From positions 290,841 through 354,840 of the forward strand of contig JBKJLI010000003.1 of the NCBI GenBank assembly GCA_046597065.1: a stretch of 64,000 nucleotides of DNA. The letters run 5' to 3'. The notes below the pieces were generated by a model. The model was not told the DNA's origin. It saw only the letters and a list, made by a program, of their open reading frames with translations, and did no database searches. Position 1 is the stretch's first letter, and each line of letters begins with the position of its first letter. This DNA comes from Candidatus Saccharimonadia bacterium (lineage in GTDB: Bacteria; Patescibacteriota; Saccharimonadia; UBA4664; SCTI01). Below, in pieces: positions 40,666-49,067 of this stretch. The translations under genes and the position numbers were made by a program.

Positions 40666-41715
40666 TTGTTCGATCGAATTTTGGGGCAATTTTCCCACGA
40701 CATCGGGATAGATTTAGGTACGGCTAACACCCTGGTATACGTTCGCGGACAAGGGATCGTAATTAACGAGCCTAGCGTGGTGGCTATAAACACTAAGACC
40801 AACCAGGTTCTGGCTATTGGAGACGAGGCCAAGCGCATGGTTGGCCGCACACCGGCCAGTATTGTGGCCACTCGACCGTTGGTTGATGGTGTGGTTAGTG
40901 ATTTCGAAGTTACTGAGCAGATGTTACGTTACTTTATCGATAAAGTGCACAAACAGCGATTTAGTCTGCTGGCTCGACCAAGAGTGGTAATCGGAATACC
41001 ATCAGGCGTTACCGAAGTTGAAAAGAGAGCCGTTGAGGATGCTGCTACAAATGCCGGCGCACGACGCACATTCTTAATTGAAGAGCCAATGGCCGCCGCG
41101 ATAGGAAGCCGACTGCCCATACATGAAGCGGCTGGTTCGATGATTGTTGATATAGGCGGCGGTACCACCGAAGTAGCTGTTATAAGTCTGGGTGGAATTG
41201 TGGCGGCTCGAAGTATAAGAATCGCTGGTGATGAGCTAAGCGATGACATCATCCAGTTTGCTCGCGACGAGTTTAATATGACCATCGGTGAGCGTACCGC
41301 CGAGACAATCAAGATAAAAATCGGTTCTGCCTACCCGTTAGAGCAGCTAAAAACTACACCAATGCGCGGACGTGATTTGGTAACCGGCTTGCCTAAGGAG
41401 GTCGAGGTCAACAGCGAACAAATCAGAAAAGCTTTGCAAAAAAGTGTACGTCAAATCGTTGATGCGGTTAAAATCACGATTGAGGAAACTCCACCCGAAC
41501 TGGTGGCCGACATTTTAGAAACCGGAATCGTAATGGCTGGCGGAGGTGCGCTTTTAAAAGGACTAGACTTACTCCTGCATCAACAAACCAAAATGCCGGT
41601 TCACTTGGCTGACGATCCGCTAACGGCGGTGGCTAGAGGTACGGGGTTGGTGCTTGAAGACCTAGACACCCTTAAAGATATTTTGGTGCCAACTCAGTAC
41701 GGCTCACGGGGCTAG
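40666..41715 (+). CDS. mreB: Rod shape-determining actin homolog MreB
   Basis: GIDLGTANTL, EPSVVA, IEEPMAAAIG, VDIGGGTT. Confidence 0.98.
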   Translation: MFDRILGQFSHDIGIDLGTANTLVYVRGQGIVINEPSVVAINTKTNQVLAIGDEAKRMVGRTPASIVATRPLVDGVVSDFEVTEQMLRYFIDKVHKQRFSLLARPRVVIGIPSGVTEVEKRAVEDAATNAGARRTFLIEEPMAAAIGSRLPIHEAAGSMIVDIGGGTTEVAVISLGGIVAARSIRIAGDELSDDIIQFARDEFNMTIGERTAETIKIKIGSAYPLEQLKTTPMRGRDLVTGLPKEVEVNSEQIRKALQKSVRQIVDAVKITIEETPPELVADILETGIVMAGGGALLKGLDLLLHQQTKMPVHLADDPLTAVARGTGLVLEDLDTLKDILVPTQYGSRG

Positions 41716-41721
41716 GGCACG

Positions 41722-42525
41722 ATGAAAAGACGCAGTATTAACCGGCGCCTGATAGGCTTGCTATCGGCCGCCGCTCTAATTGGAGTTATTGGCGCTGCTG
41801 GCTGGCTGCGACCGTTACAAGGTGCAGCCAGCTGGTTAACGCGTCCACTAACCGGTGTGGTTAGTTCGGCTTCATCTGCCATCGGCAGCTGGTGGACGGT
41901 GGCAAACTCTGTCGGCAGTTTAGCTAGTGATAATCAGCGCTTGCAAGGTAAGGTGGCCTCGCTTCAAGCTCAGCTCAGCCAACAAACCGAACTACGAGCT
42001 CAAAACGACGAGCTACGCAAACAATTAGGTGTTGGAGCGGTTCGACCAGAAAAGCTTATCGCCGCCGAAGTGATTGGGTATCAACCCGATAACTTTCGTC
42101 AGTTCTTAACAATTGGGCGGGGCAGTAATGATGGTCTTAGCGCCGGCATGGCGGTAGTGTCGCAGGGAACCCTGGTGGGCACTTTGCAAGAAGTCACCGC
42201 TACAAGCTCAAAGGTTTTTCTGCTGATCGATCCAACTTTTAGGGTTACGGCGTTAGATCAAGATTCGCCCAATCGGCCTACCGGTACAATTCACGGGCAG
42301 ATCGGTAGTGGCTTGATAATGGACAAAATCGCCCAAAATGAAAGTCTTAAGCCGGGGGATACCATTGTAACTACAGGTACCGGTGCCGAAATTCCAAAGG
42401 GGTTGATTATCGGCCGTATCCAAACCGTTGATAAAAAGGATAACGGCGTGTTTCAGATCGCCCAAGTTACTAGCGACATTGTCTTTAACCGCCTCGAAAT
42501 TGTTTACGTTGTGGCAAGGCAGTAG
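41722..42525 (+). CDS. mreC: Rod shape-determining protein MreC
   Basis: TM, coiled coil, G..DG...GM.V, GD.IVT.G....PKG. Confidence 0.92.
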   Translation: MKRRSINRRLIGLLSAAALIGVIGAAGWLRPLQGAASWLTRPLTGVVSSASSAIGSWWTVANSVGSLASDNQRLQGKVASLQAQLSQQTELRAQNDELRKQLGVGAVRPEKLIAAEVIGYQPDNFRQFLTIGRGSNDGLSAGMAVVSQGTLVGTLQEVTATSSKVFLLIDPTFRVTALDQDSPNRPTGTIHGQIGSGLIMDKIAQNESLKPGDTIVTTGTGAEIPKGLIIGRIQTVDKKDNGVFQIAQVTSDIVFNRLEIVYVVARQ

Positions 42526-42533
42526 GTGCCGCA

Positions 42534-43037
42534 ATGTTGATTCCTATTATCGCCAGCCTGTTCGCCGTGCTACTAGAAGTAGCGTGGTTTGGCCATATCC
42601 GGCCGTTTGGTATCATTCCTAATTTAGCCGTCATCATCGTGGCGCTTACTGCACTGTGGTCGCAAGCCACACCTACTCTGGTGGCAGCTATCACCGCCGG
42701 CTTACTTCTAGATAGCGCTAGCGGCACCGATTTTGGTTTGCGCACAGCCTTTTTGGCGGCTTTAGCAGTTTGTACCATCGCTGCTCGTCAATTAGGCTTA
42801 CACGCCGACTCGCTGGTGGCAGCACTGGGTATTGTAGCCATAGCTACGATTTTGTTTGATCTAGCGGTAGTAACCAGCGTGCACAGTGCGGCCATCGACT
42901 GGCATCTGGTAGCCAGCCGCATCGGTATCGAGCTACTACTAAATTTGCCTATAACCGCAACAGCTTGGGTTTTTGGTAGCGCCTGGCGCAATCGTCAGCC
43001 GGTGCTTCCAGACGCGGATCGCGGAAGCTGGTTGTGA
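42534..43037 (+). CDS. mreD: Rod shape-determining protein MreD
   Basis: Hydrophobic, PNL and GLLLD..SG..FG motifs, position in the operon. Confidence 0.8.
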   Translation: MLIPIIASLFAVLLEVAWFGHIRPFGIIPNLAVIIVALTALWSQATPTLVAAITAGLLLDSASGTDFGLRTAFLAALAVCTIAARQLGLHADSLVAALGIVAIATILFDLAVVTSVHSAAIDWHLVASRIGIELLLNLPITATAWVFGSAWRNRQPVLPDADRGSWL

Positions 43038-45076
43038 CCAAAAAAACTACCGGCCAGTTTGGCTACGGCGGTGAAGAGCGGCCGCAAAAGAATCGTGCCA
43101 CCATTAAGCGCGACCAGGGAGGCCACGAGCGTTGGGCCGAGGCCATATTGCCGGCAGACGCCGAGGCCGGTACCATCGAGACTCCTACCAGCCGCCGCCC
43201 TTTGGTAATTTTGGCTTCGTTAGTGATTGTAGCCGCAACAGTATTGGCCGCACAGTTATTCCATTTACAGGTGGTCGATGGCCAACGCAATTTGGGTCTG
43301 GCTGATGGCAATCGATTACGCCAAAAAATTACTCGAGCACCGAGGGGAGTAATTTATGATCGTCATAAACAGGTTCTAGCCGAAAATCTGGCCAGTTTTG
43401 ATTTAACGGTTACAGCTAGCTTGCTGCCCAAAGCCGCTGACCAGCGGGATGCCTTATATAGCCGTGTTGCAACCCTAACCGGTCTTAGCCCGACTGAAAT
43501 TAAATCTAAAGTAGAAGGCGACTGCGCAGCTGCTCAAATTGCCTCAAAGGCAAATGGAAATAAATCGACGTCCATCTGCCTTGATCAACCCCAAGCCAAG
43601 CTAGTCGCCAGTAATCTGCCGAGGCAGCAGGCTCTCGACTTTGACCAACAGTCTGCCAGCGTTCCTGGATTTAGTCTTGATGTTAACCCTATCCGTCAGT
43701 ATGACGACGCCGGCTTGCTGTCCTCTATCTTGGGTTATACCGGGCGGGTTAGCGAAGACGACCTGCTGCGGAATCCAACTTATGGCTCCACCGATTTTAT
43801 TGGTAAACTCGGTATCGAAAAGCAGTACGAGGCACAGTTAAAAGGGCAGAATGGTAGCGAGCAGACCGAGGTTGATGCCAGCGGCCGGCCAATTAAACTG
43901 CTTAGTGCTCGGCCGTCGGTGGCCGGCCAAAATTTGGTTTTGTCACTGGATATGGATTTGCAGCGCAAGCTAGCAGAGGCTCTCCAGAATCAGCTTATAG
44001 CCAGCGGCTCTACCAAGGCCTCTGGGGTCGCCCTTAATCCTAAAACCGGAGAAGTTCTGGCCACTGTTAGCCTGCCCGGTTACGATAACAACCTGTTTGC
44101 CAAGGGCATATCGCAAAATGATTACAATAAGCTGCTTAAAAACCCGGCTCAGCCCCTATTTAATAAAGCTATCGCCGGCGCCTACCCAACTGGATCAATT
44201 ATAAAGCCGTTGATTGGTTCGGCCGCGCTGCAAGAAAAAACTATCAATACCGGCACAACTGTAAACGACACCGGACAGCTAGAGGTGCCCAACCGTTATG
44301 ATCCCAAGGTTAAGTATACTTTTCGTTCATATGAGCCAGGCGGGTTGGGGGTAGTAAATATCACCAAGGCAATCGCGGTTAGTTCAAACGTCTTCTTCTT
44401 TAGCATTGGGGGTGGTTTTGGAGATGTATCTGGCCTAGGGGTTGATCGGTTGGTCAGCTACTACCAAAAGTTTGGTCTAGGTAAAAAAACCGGGATCGAT
44501 ATTGGCGAAGAGACAGCCGGATCGGTACCAACGCCTGCAAGTAAAAAAAAGGCAACCGGCGAGGGCTGGTTTTTGGGTGACACCTTTAATATATCCGTAG
44601 GCCAGGGTGATCTTAGAGCCTCTCCGCTACAGATGGCGGTGGCGATTGCGGCGGTTGCAAATGGTGGCAACGTTATTAAGCCGCATTTTTTGAAAGAAGT
44701 CCAGGATGCTAGTGGGCGCACCGTTGATACCACCAAAACTCAAATTACCCAATCGGCATTTATTTCACCAGAGAATCAACAGATTATCAAAAACGCGATG
44801 CGGCTGGTTGTATCTGCGCCCTATGGAACCGCTTGCTGCAAAATAGAGCAAACCGTTCCAGTAGCGGTGGCGGCCAAAACCGGAACCGCTGAAACTGATC
44901 CCGACGGCAAACGTAAACCCCACGCTTGGTTTGAGGCTTATGCTCCCTATGAAGATCCCCAAATTGTGATCGTGGCTTTAGTCGAAAATTCTGGAGAGGG
45001 CGCCCAGTTTGCGGCACCAGCGGTGCGAGAAACTTTGCAATGGTGTTTTTCTAGGCCGGGTGGTTGTGTGCAGTAG
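43034..45076 (+). CDS. mrdA: Penicillin-binding protein 2
   Basis: APRG.IYDR, GSIIK (SxxK), SSN (SxN), KTGTA. Confidence 0.95.
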   Translation: MTKKTTGQFGYGGEERPQKNRATIKRDQGGHERWAEAILPADAEAGTIETPTSRRPLVILASLVIVAATVLAAQLFHLQVVDGQRNLGLADGNRLRQKITRAPRGVIYDRHKQVLAENLASFDLTVTASLLPKAADQRDALYSRVATLTGLSPTEIKSKVEGDCAAAQIASKANGNKSTSICLDQPQAKLVASNLPRQQALDFDQQSASVPGFSLDVNPIRQYDDAGLLSSILGYTGRVSEDDLLRNPTYGSTDFIGKLGIEKQYEAQLKGQNGSEQTEVDASGRPIKLLSARPSVAGQNLVLSLDMDLQRKLAEALQNQLIASGSTKASGVALNPKTGEVLATVSLPGYDNNLFAKGISQNDYNKLLKNPAQPLFNKAIAGAYPTGSIIKPLIGSAALQEKTINTGTTVNDTGQLEVPNRYDPKVKYTFRSYEPGGLGVVNITKAIAVSSNVFFFSIGGGFGDVSGLGVDRLVSYYQKFGLGKKTGIDIGEETAGSVPTPASKKKATGEGWFLGDTFNISVGQGDLRASPLQMAVAIAAVANGGNVIKPHFLKEVQDASGRTVDTTKTQITQSAFISPENQQIIKNAMRLVVSAPYGTACCKIEQTVPVAVAAKTGTAETDPDGKRKPHAWFEAYAPYEDPQIVIVALVENSGEGAQFAAPAVRETLQWCFSRPGGCVQ

Positions 45077-45204
45077 CCAAAGTCATATCAAGTCACAAAA
45101 TTATATTTGGAATTAACAAAAGTAACTCTTGACCAGATTAGCAGACTAAGACAAAATGGTGACATCACAAACGAACCATAAGCGTGATTCACCATAGCTC
45201 GTTC

Positions 45205-45236
45205 GCACTCGAGGTCAATCCCTCGGGCATTTTTTT
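45205..45236 (+). terminator. Intrinsic terminator inside the greA leader (attenuator candidate)
   Basis: GCaCTCGAGG-tcaatc-CCTCGGGC-a-T7 downstream of TTGACC-17-CAAAAT (45129-45157). Confidence 0.55.
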
Positions 45237-45281
45237 CGCCCAAGTCTATGCGCTCCTTCGAACAGCAGAAAGGTAATAACT

Positions 45282-45758
45282 ATGACCAACACAACCGCTA
45301 AACGCGAATTTTATGTAACAAAAGACGGCCTAGCTAAACTGCAGGCCGAGCTTGAAGACCTAACTAAAAACCAACGACCACAAGTTGCTAAAGAACTTAA
45401 AGAGGCCAAAGAGTATGGCGACCTCAGTGAAAATGCTTCGTGGGACTCCGCTAAAGATCATCAAGCGTTTGTAGAGGGCCGGATAGCCGAGGTAGAGCAA
45501 ATTATCCGCCATGCTGTGATCATCAAGGCACCACGTTCAAGCGAAAAGGTCGCTATTGGTTCTAAGGTTCATCTTGAGCTCGAAGAAGGCAAGCAAATCT
45601 ACACTATTGTCGGCTCGCAAGAGGCTAACCCGGTAGAGGGTAGAATTTCAAACGAATCACCTATTGGCCAAGCCTTAATGGGCCGTTCCAAGGGAGAAGA
45701 GATCGAAATCAATGTCCCTTCGGGCACAATGACCTACAAAATTACTCACATCGAATAA
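45282..45758 (+). CDS. greA: Transcription elongation factor GreA
   Basis: GDLSENA, ISNESPIGQAL.G. Confidence 0.96.
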   Translation: MTNTTAKREFYVTKDGLAKLQAELEDLTKNQRPQVAKELKEAKEYGDLSENASWDSAKDHQAFVEGRIAEVEQIIRHAVIIKAPRSSEKVAIGSKVHLELEEGKQIYTIVGSQEANPVEGRISNESPIGQALMGRSKGEEIEINVPSGTMTYKITHIE

Positions 45759-45824
45759 TTTAAGTATTCAAGCTTTACAGCAGAAGGCGCCCTCCTGGGC
45801 GCACTTTTGTTACAATAGAGGATA

Positions 45825-47405
45825 ATGAACGACAAAATACCATCCAAATACTGGCTCGATCAAGTGGCCGAGACTATCATTCAACAGTTTCCTGAAGGCG
45901 AGATTGTGGTCTCAAGCGGGCATTCACCATCCGGTACCTACCACGTTGGCACTATGCGCGAGATTATTACGGCTTCGGCCATAACTTGGGCCCTCCAGCA
46001 GCGCCAACGTCAGGCTCAGCATTTAGATTTTGTCGATGATTTCGATATCCTGCGAAAACTGCCTGCCGACATGCCCGCAAAACTACGAGCCGAACTGGGC
46101 AAGCCGCTATATTTGGCCAACGGTCCAGATAAAGGCGTTACCTACGCCGACAATCGCTTGGCCGACCTATTTGCGGCCGAGAAGCAGATTGGTTTTGAGC
46201 CCGATCAGACGCTGCGGGCATCTACAACCTATGTGAAAGAACATCGTTATACCGACGCAATCACTAAGGCCTTAGATAAACTAACTGATGTCCGCGAGAT
46301 TATTGAGCGGGTTAGCCAACGTCAACTCCCAGTCGACTGGGCGCCGGTGCAAATTTTAAGCGATGACGGACTGCTTAACCAGTGGTCTTATAGTGGCCAT
46401 GATACCGCCAATCAATCGATTAGCTATCGCGACAAAGCCGGCAAAACCGGCGAGATTAGCTACGCCGAAGGTCGAGTAAAGTTGGATTGGCGGCTAGACT
46501 GGCCGGCGCGCTGGTGGATGTGGCAGGTTCGTGTAGAGCCATTTGGGCGAGATCATGCAAGCAAGGGGGGCTCCTACGATACCGGCAAAGCGCTGGTAGA
46601 AGAGATTTTTGGCGGCCAGGCTCCTTTCCCGGTGCCGTATGAGTTCATTAATAGCCCCGGCGCCACCAAGAAGATGAGTAAGTCATCTGGAGGGGTGTTA
46701 ACTCCGTTAGATGCAATCGAGGTGATGCCGGCCGAGGTACTGCGCTATTTTATGGTGCGATCGCGACCAACTAAACAGCTGATTTTTGATCCCGGTATTG
46801 GTCTATATAATTTGGTAGACGAGTTTGCGGCGGCTGAATCGGCCGTGACTTCTGACCAGTTGCACGAGTTTGCCGATGCCTACCGCTTTGCCATTGCTGC
46901 TGGGGGGAATGCCAAACAGTCCATGCGGACAATCTCTAGTGTGCCCTTTAAGCACCTAGTCTCGGTTTATCAGGCGGCCCAAAATGATGTTGCAGAAACT
47001 CTTGCGATTCTAAGTCGCACTGGGTATGAAGGGGCTGTAAACGGCCAGCGAGAAGTTATCTTGTCTGAGCTGAAGTTTGTTAAGACTTGGCTGGCCAATT
47101 ACGCACCAGATGAGGTCAAATTTGAGGTTCAAGCTAAGCTGCCGAAGGTGGAGCTAAGTCAGAATCAGCAGCATTTTTTAGGCGATTTAGCAGCAACCAT
47201 AACCAAGCAATCCGGCGAAATTGATGGCCAAGCCATGCATGTGTTGATTTACGCCGCCAAGGATGCGACTGAATTAACACCCATCCAGGCATTTCAAGCA
47301 ATTTATCGGGTTATTTTGGGCCAAGATAGCGGCCCCAAGGCCGGCTGGTTTCTTGCCAACTTGGATCGCGACTGGTTGGTAGCTCGCTTGCTGCGCACCG
47401 CCTAA
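45825..47405 (+). CDS. lysS: Lysine--tRNA ligase, class I
   Basis: SG.SPSG..HVG, W..DWPARW, EPFG.DH, KMSKS, GPK.G. Confidence 0.93.
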   Translation: MNDKIPSKYWLDQVAETIIQQFPEGEIVVSSGHSPSGTYHVGTMREIITASAITWALQQRQRQAQHLDFVDDFDILRKLPADMPAKLRAELGKPLYLANGPDKGVTYADNRLADLFAAEKQIGFEPDQTLRASTTYVKEHRYTDAITKALDKLTDVREIIERVSQRQLPVDWAPVQILSDDGLLNQWSYSGHDTANQSISYRDKAGKTGEISYAEGRVKLDWRLDWPARWWMWQVRVEPFGRDHASKGGSYDTGKALVEEIFGGQAPFPVPYEFINSPGATKKMSKSSGGVLTPLDAIEVMPAEVLRYFMVRSRPTKQLIFDPGIGLYNLVDEFAAAESAVTSDQLHEFADAYRFAIAAGGNAKQSMRTISSVPFKHLVSVYQAAQNDVAETLAILSRTGYEGAVNGQREVILSELKFVKTWLANYAPDEVKFEVQAKLPKVELSQNQQHFLGDLAATITKQSGEIDGQAMHVLIYAAKDATELTPIQAFQAIYRVILGQDSGPKAGWFLANLDRDWLVARLLRTA

Positions 47406-47430
47406 CAAAGTTCGCTATAATGAAATCATA

Positions 47431-48657
47431 ATGATTGATCTAAGGCAGCTACGAGCTAACCCCGAACCATACCAGACCTCAGCCAAACTACGAGGCATAA
47501 AGGTTGATATCGAAAAACTACTCAAACTTGATGCCGAGCGCCCAAACCTGCTTGCAACTGTTGAGGCTCTGCGGGCTAAATTAAACGTTAAGGGTAAGCC
47601 GTCTGTCGCCGAACTTAAGGATCTACAGGCAGCCAAGGCCGAGTTAGCGCCTCTTGAAGTTAAGTTGCAAAAACTTGAAGCTGAATTGGCCGACTTGGCT
47701 AGCCAGTTGCCGAATTTGATGGCCGATGGTACTCCCGAAGGTGGCGAGGAGCATAATCACCAAGAGCGCCGCTGGGGTAAGGCCGAAATTAACCCACAGG
47801 CCAAAGATCACTTAACACTGGCCGAAACCAACGACTGGGTCGATTTTGAGCGTGGCGCCAAGGTGGCCGGTTCTAAGTTTTACTTCACCAAAGGTGCGGC
47901 TGTCCGATTAGAAATGAGCGTGGTTAGGATGGGGATGGATTTGCTCGAAAAGTCTGGGTTTACCTTAATGGGGGTGCCTCACCTGGCAAATGCCGTCACC
48001 ATGAACGGCACAGGGTTTAACCCACGTGGAGAGGAAAAGCAGATTTATGAGATTAAGGATCAAGATCTTAATTTGATAGCTACAGCCGAAATCCCACTGA
48101 CCGGCTATCATGCCGGCGAAATAATCGATCCAGCTAAATTGCCCTTACTATACGTTGGCTATAGCCCCAGCTACCGACTAGAGGCCGGTGCCTATGGCAA
48201 ATACAGTAAGGGTCTATACCGGGTGCATCAGTTTAACAAGTTAGAAATGTACGTTTACTGCCAGCCGGCAGACAGCGAAAAGTGGCATCAAAAGTTGGTC
48301 GAGATCGAAGAAGATATCTGTAAACAGCTTGAGATCCCATATCGGGTGGTTAGGATCGCATCAGGAGACCTGGGCGGCCCCGCTTACAAAAAGTACGATA
48401 TCGAGTACTGGAGTCCAGTTGAGGGCGAGTATCGTGAGCTGATGAGCTGCTCTAATGTTACCGACTACCAAGCCCGCCGTCTTAGCATTCGTACTCGTGC
48501 AAAAGATGGCTCCACCGAGTTTTTACATACCCTAAATGGAACCGCTATGGCCACCAGTAGGATATTTATCGCCTTACTCGAAAATCACCAAACTGTAGAC
48601 GGAAAAGTTAAGCTACCTAAGGCTTTGCAAACTTATTATGGAGGAGAGCATCTATGA
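47431..48657 (+). CDS. serS: Serine--tRNA ligase
   Basis: LIATAEIPL, GLYRVHQF.K.E, SCSN.TDYQARR, HTLNGT. Confidence 0.97.
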   Translation: MIDLRQLRANPEPYQTSAKLRGIKVDIEKLLKLDAERPNLLATVEALRAKLNVKGKPSVAELKDLQAAKAELAPLEVKLQKLEAELADLASQLPNLMADGTPEGGEEHNHQERRWGKAEINPQAKDHLTLAETNDWVDFERGAKVAGSKFYFTKGAAVRLEMSVVRMGMDLLEKSGFTLMGVPHLANAVTMNGTGFNPRGEEKQIYEIKDQDLNLIATAEIPLTGYHAGEIIDPAKLPLLYVGYSPSYRLEAGAYGKYSKGLYRVHQFNKLEMYVYCQPADSEKWHQKLVEIEEDICKQLEIPYRVVRIASGDLGGPAYKKYDIEYWSPVEGEYRELMSCSNVTDYQARRLSIRTRAKDGSTEFLHTLNGTAMATSRIFIALLENHQTVDGKVKLPKALQTYYGGEHL

Positions 48658-49022
48658 TTTCACTACAAGTCACCGGTCGACATTTTGAGGTTGATGACAA
48701 AATTGCTGAGTATCTTGATAAGAAGATCGGTAATTTAGATAAGTATTTGCCAAAAAAAGTTTTACCGACGTATTGCGGAGTGATGCTGGCTGTTGATGGA
48801 TCAAACAAAGAAGGTAACGCTAACACTTGCGAAGTAATAATTGATATTCCCGGTGAGCGCTTTCAAGCTACCGAGGCTACTGGCAACATGTACGCAGCCA
48901 TTGATATCTGCGAAGAAAAGTTGAAACATCAGATAAGCCGGTACAAAGATAAGCATGACCCAGCGCGTAATCGTGGACGACGCATAATTGGGAAGCTGTT
49001 CCAGCCCTCCGAAGAAGAATAG
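48654..49022 (+). CDS. hpf: Ribosome hibernation factor HPF/RaiA (short form)
   Basis: TGRH.E......Y..KK...L.K, MYAAID....KL..Q...YK. Confidence 0.9.
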   Translation: MISLQVTGRHFEVDDKIAEYLDKKIGNLDKYLPKKVLPTYCGVMLAVDGSNKEGNANTCEVIIDIPGERFQATEATGNMYAAIDICEEKLKHQISRYKDKHDPARNRGRRIIGKLFQPSEEE

Positions 49023-49067
49023 GCCTGTCGTTATCTCGATCTGTAAATATGCTAAAATAATCAGGTT

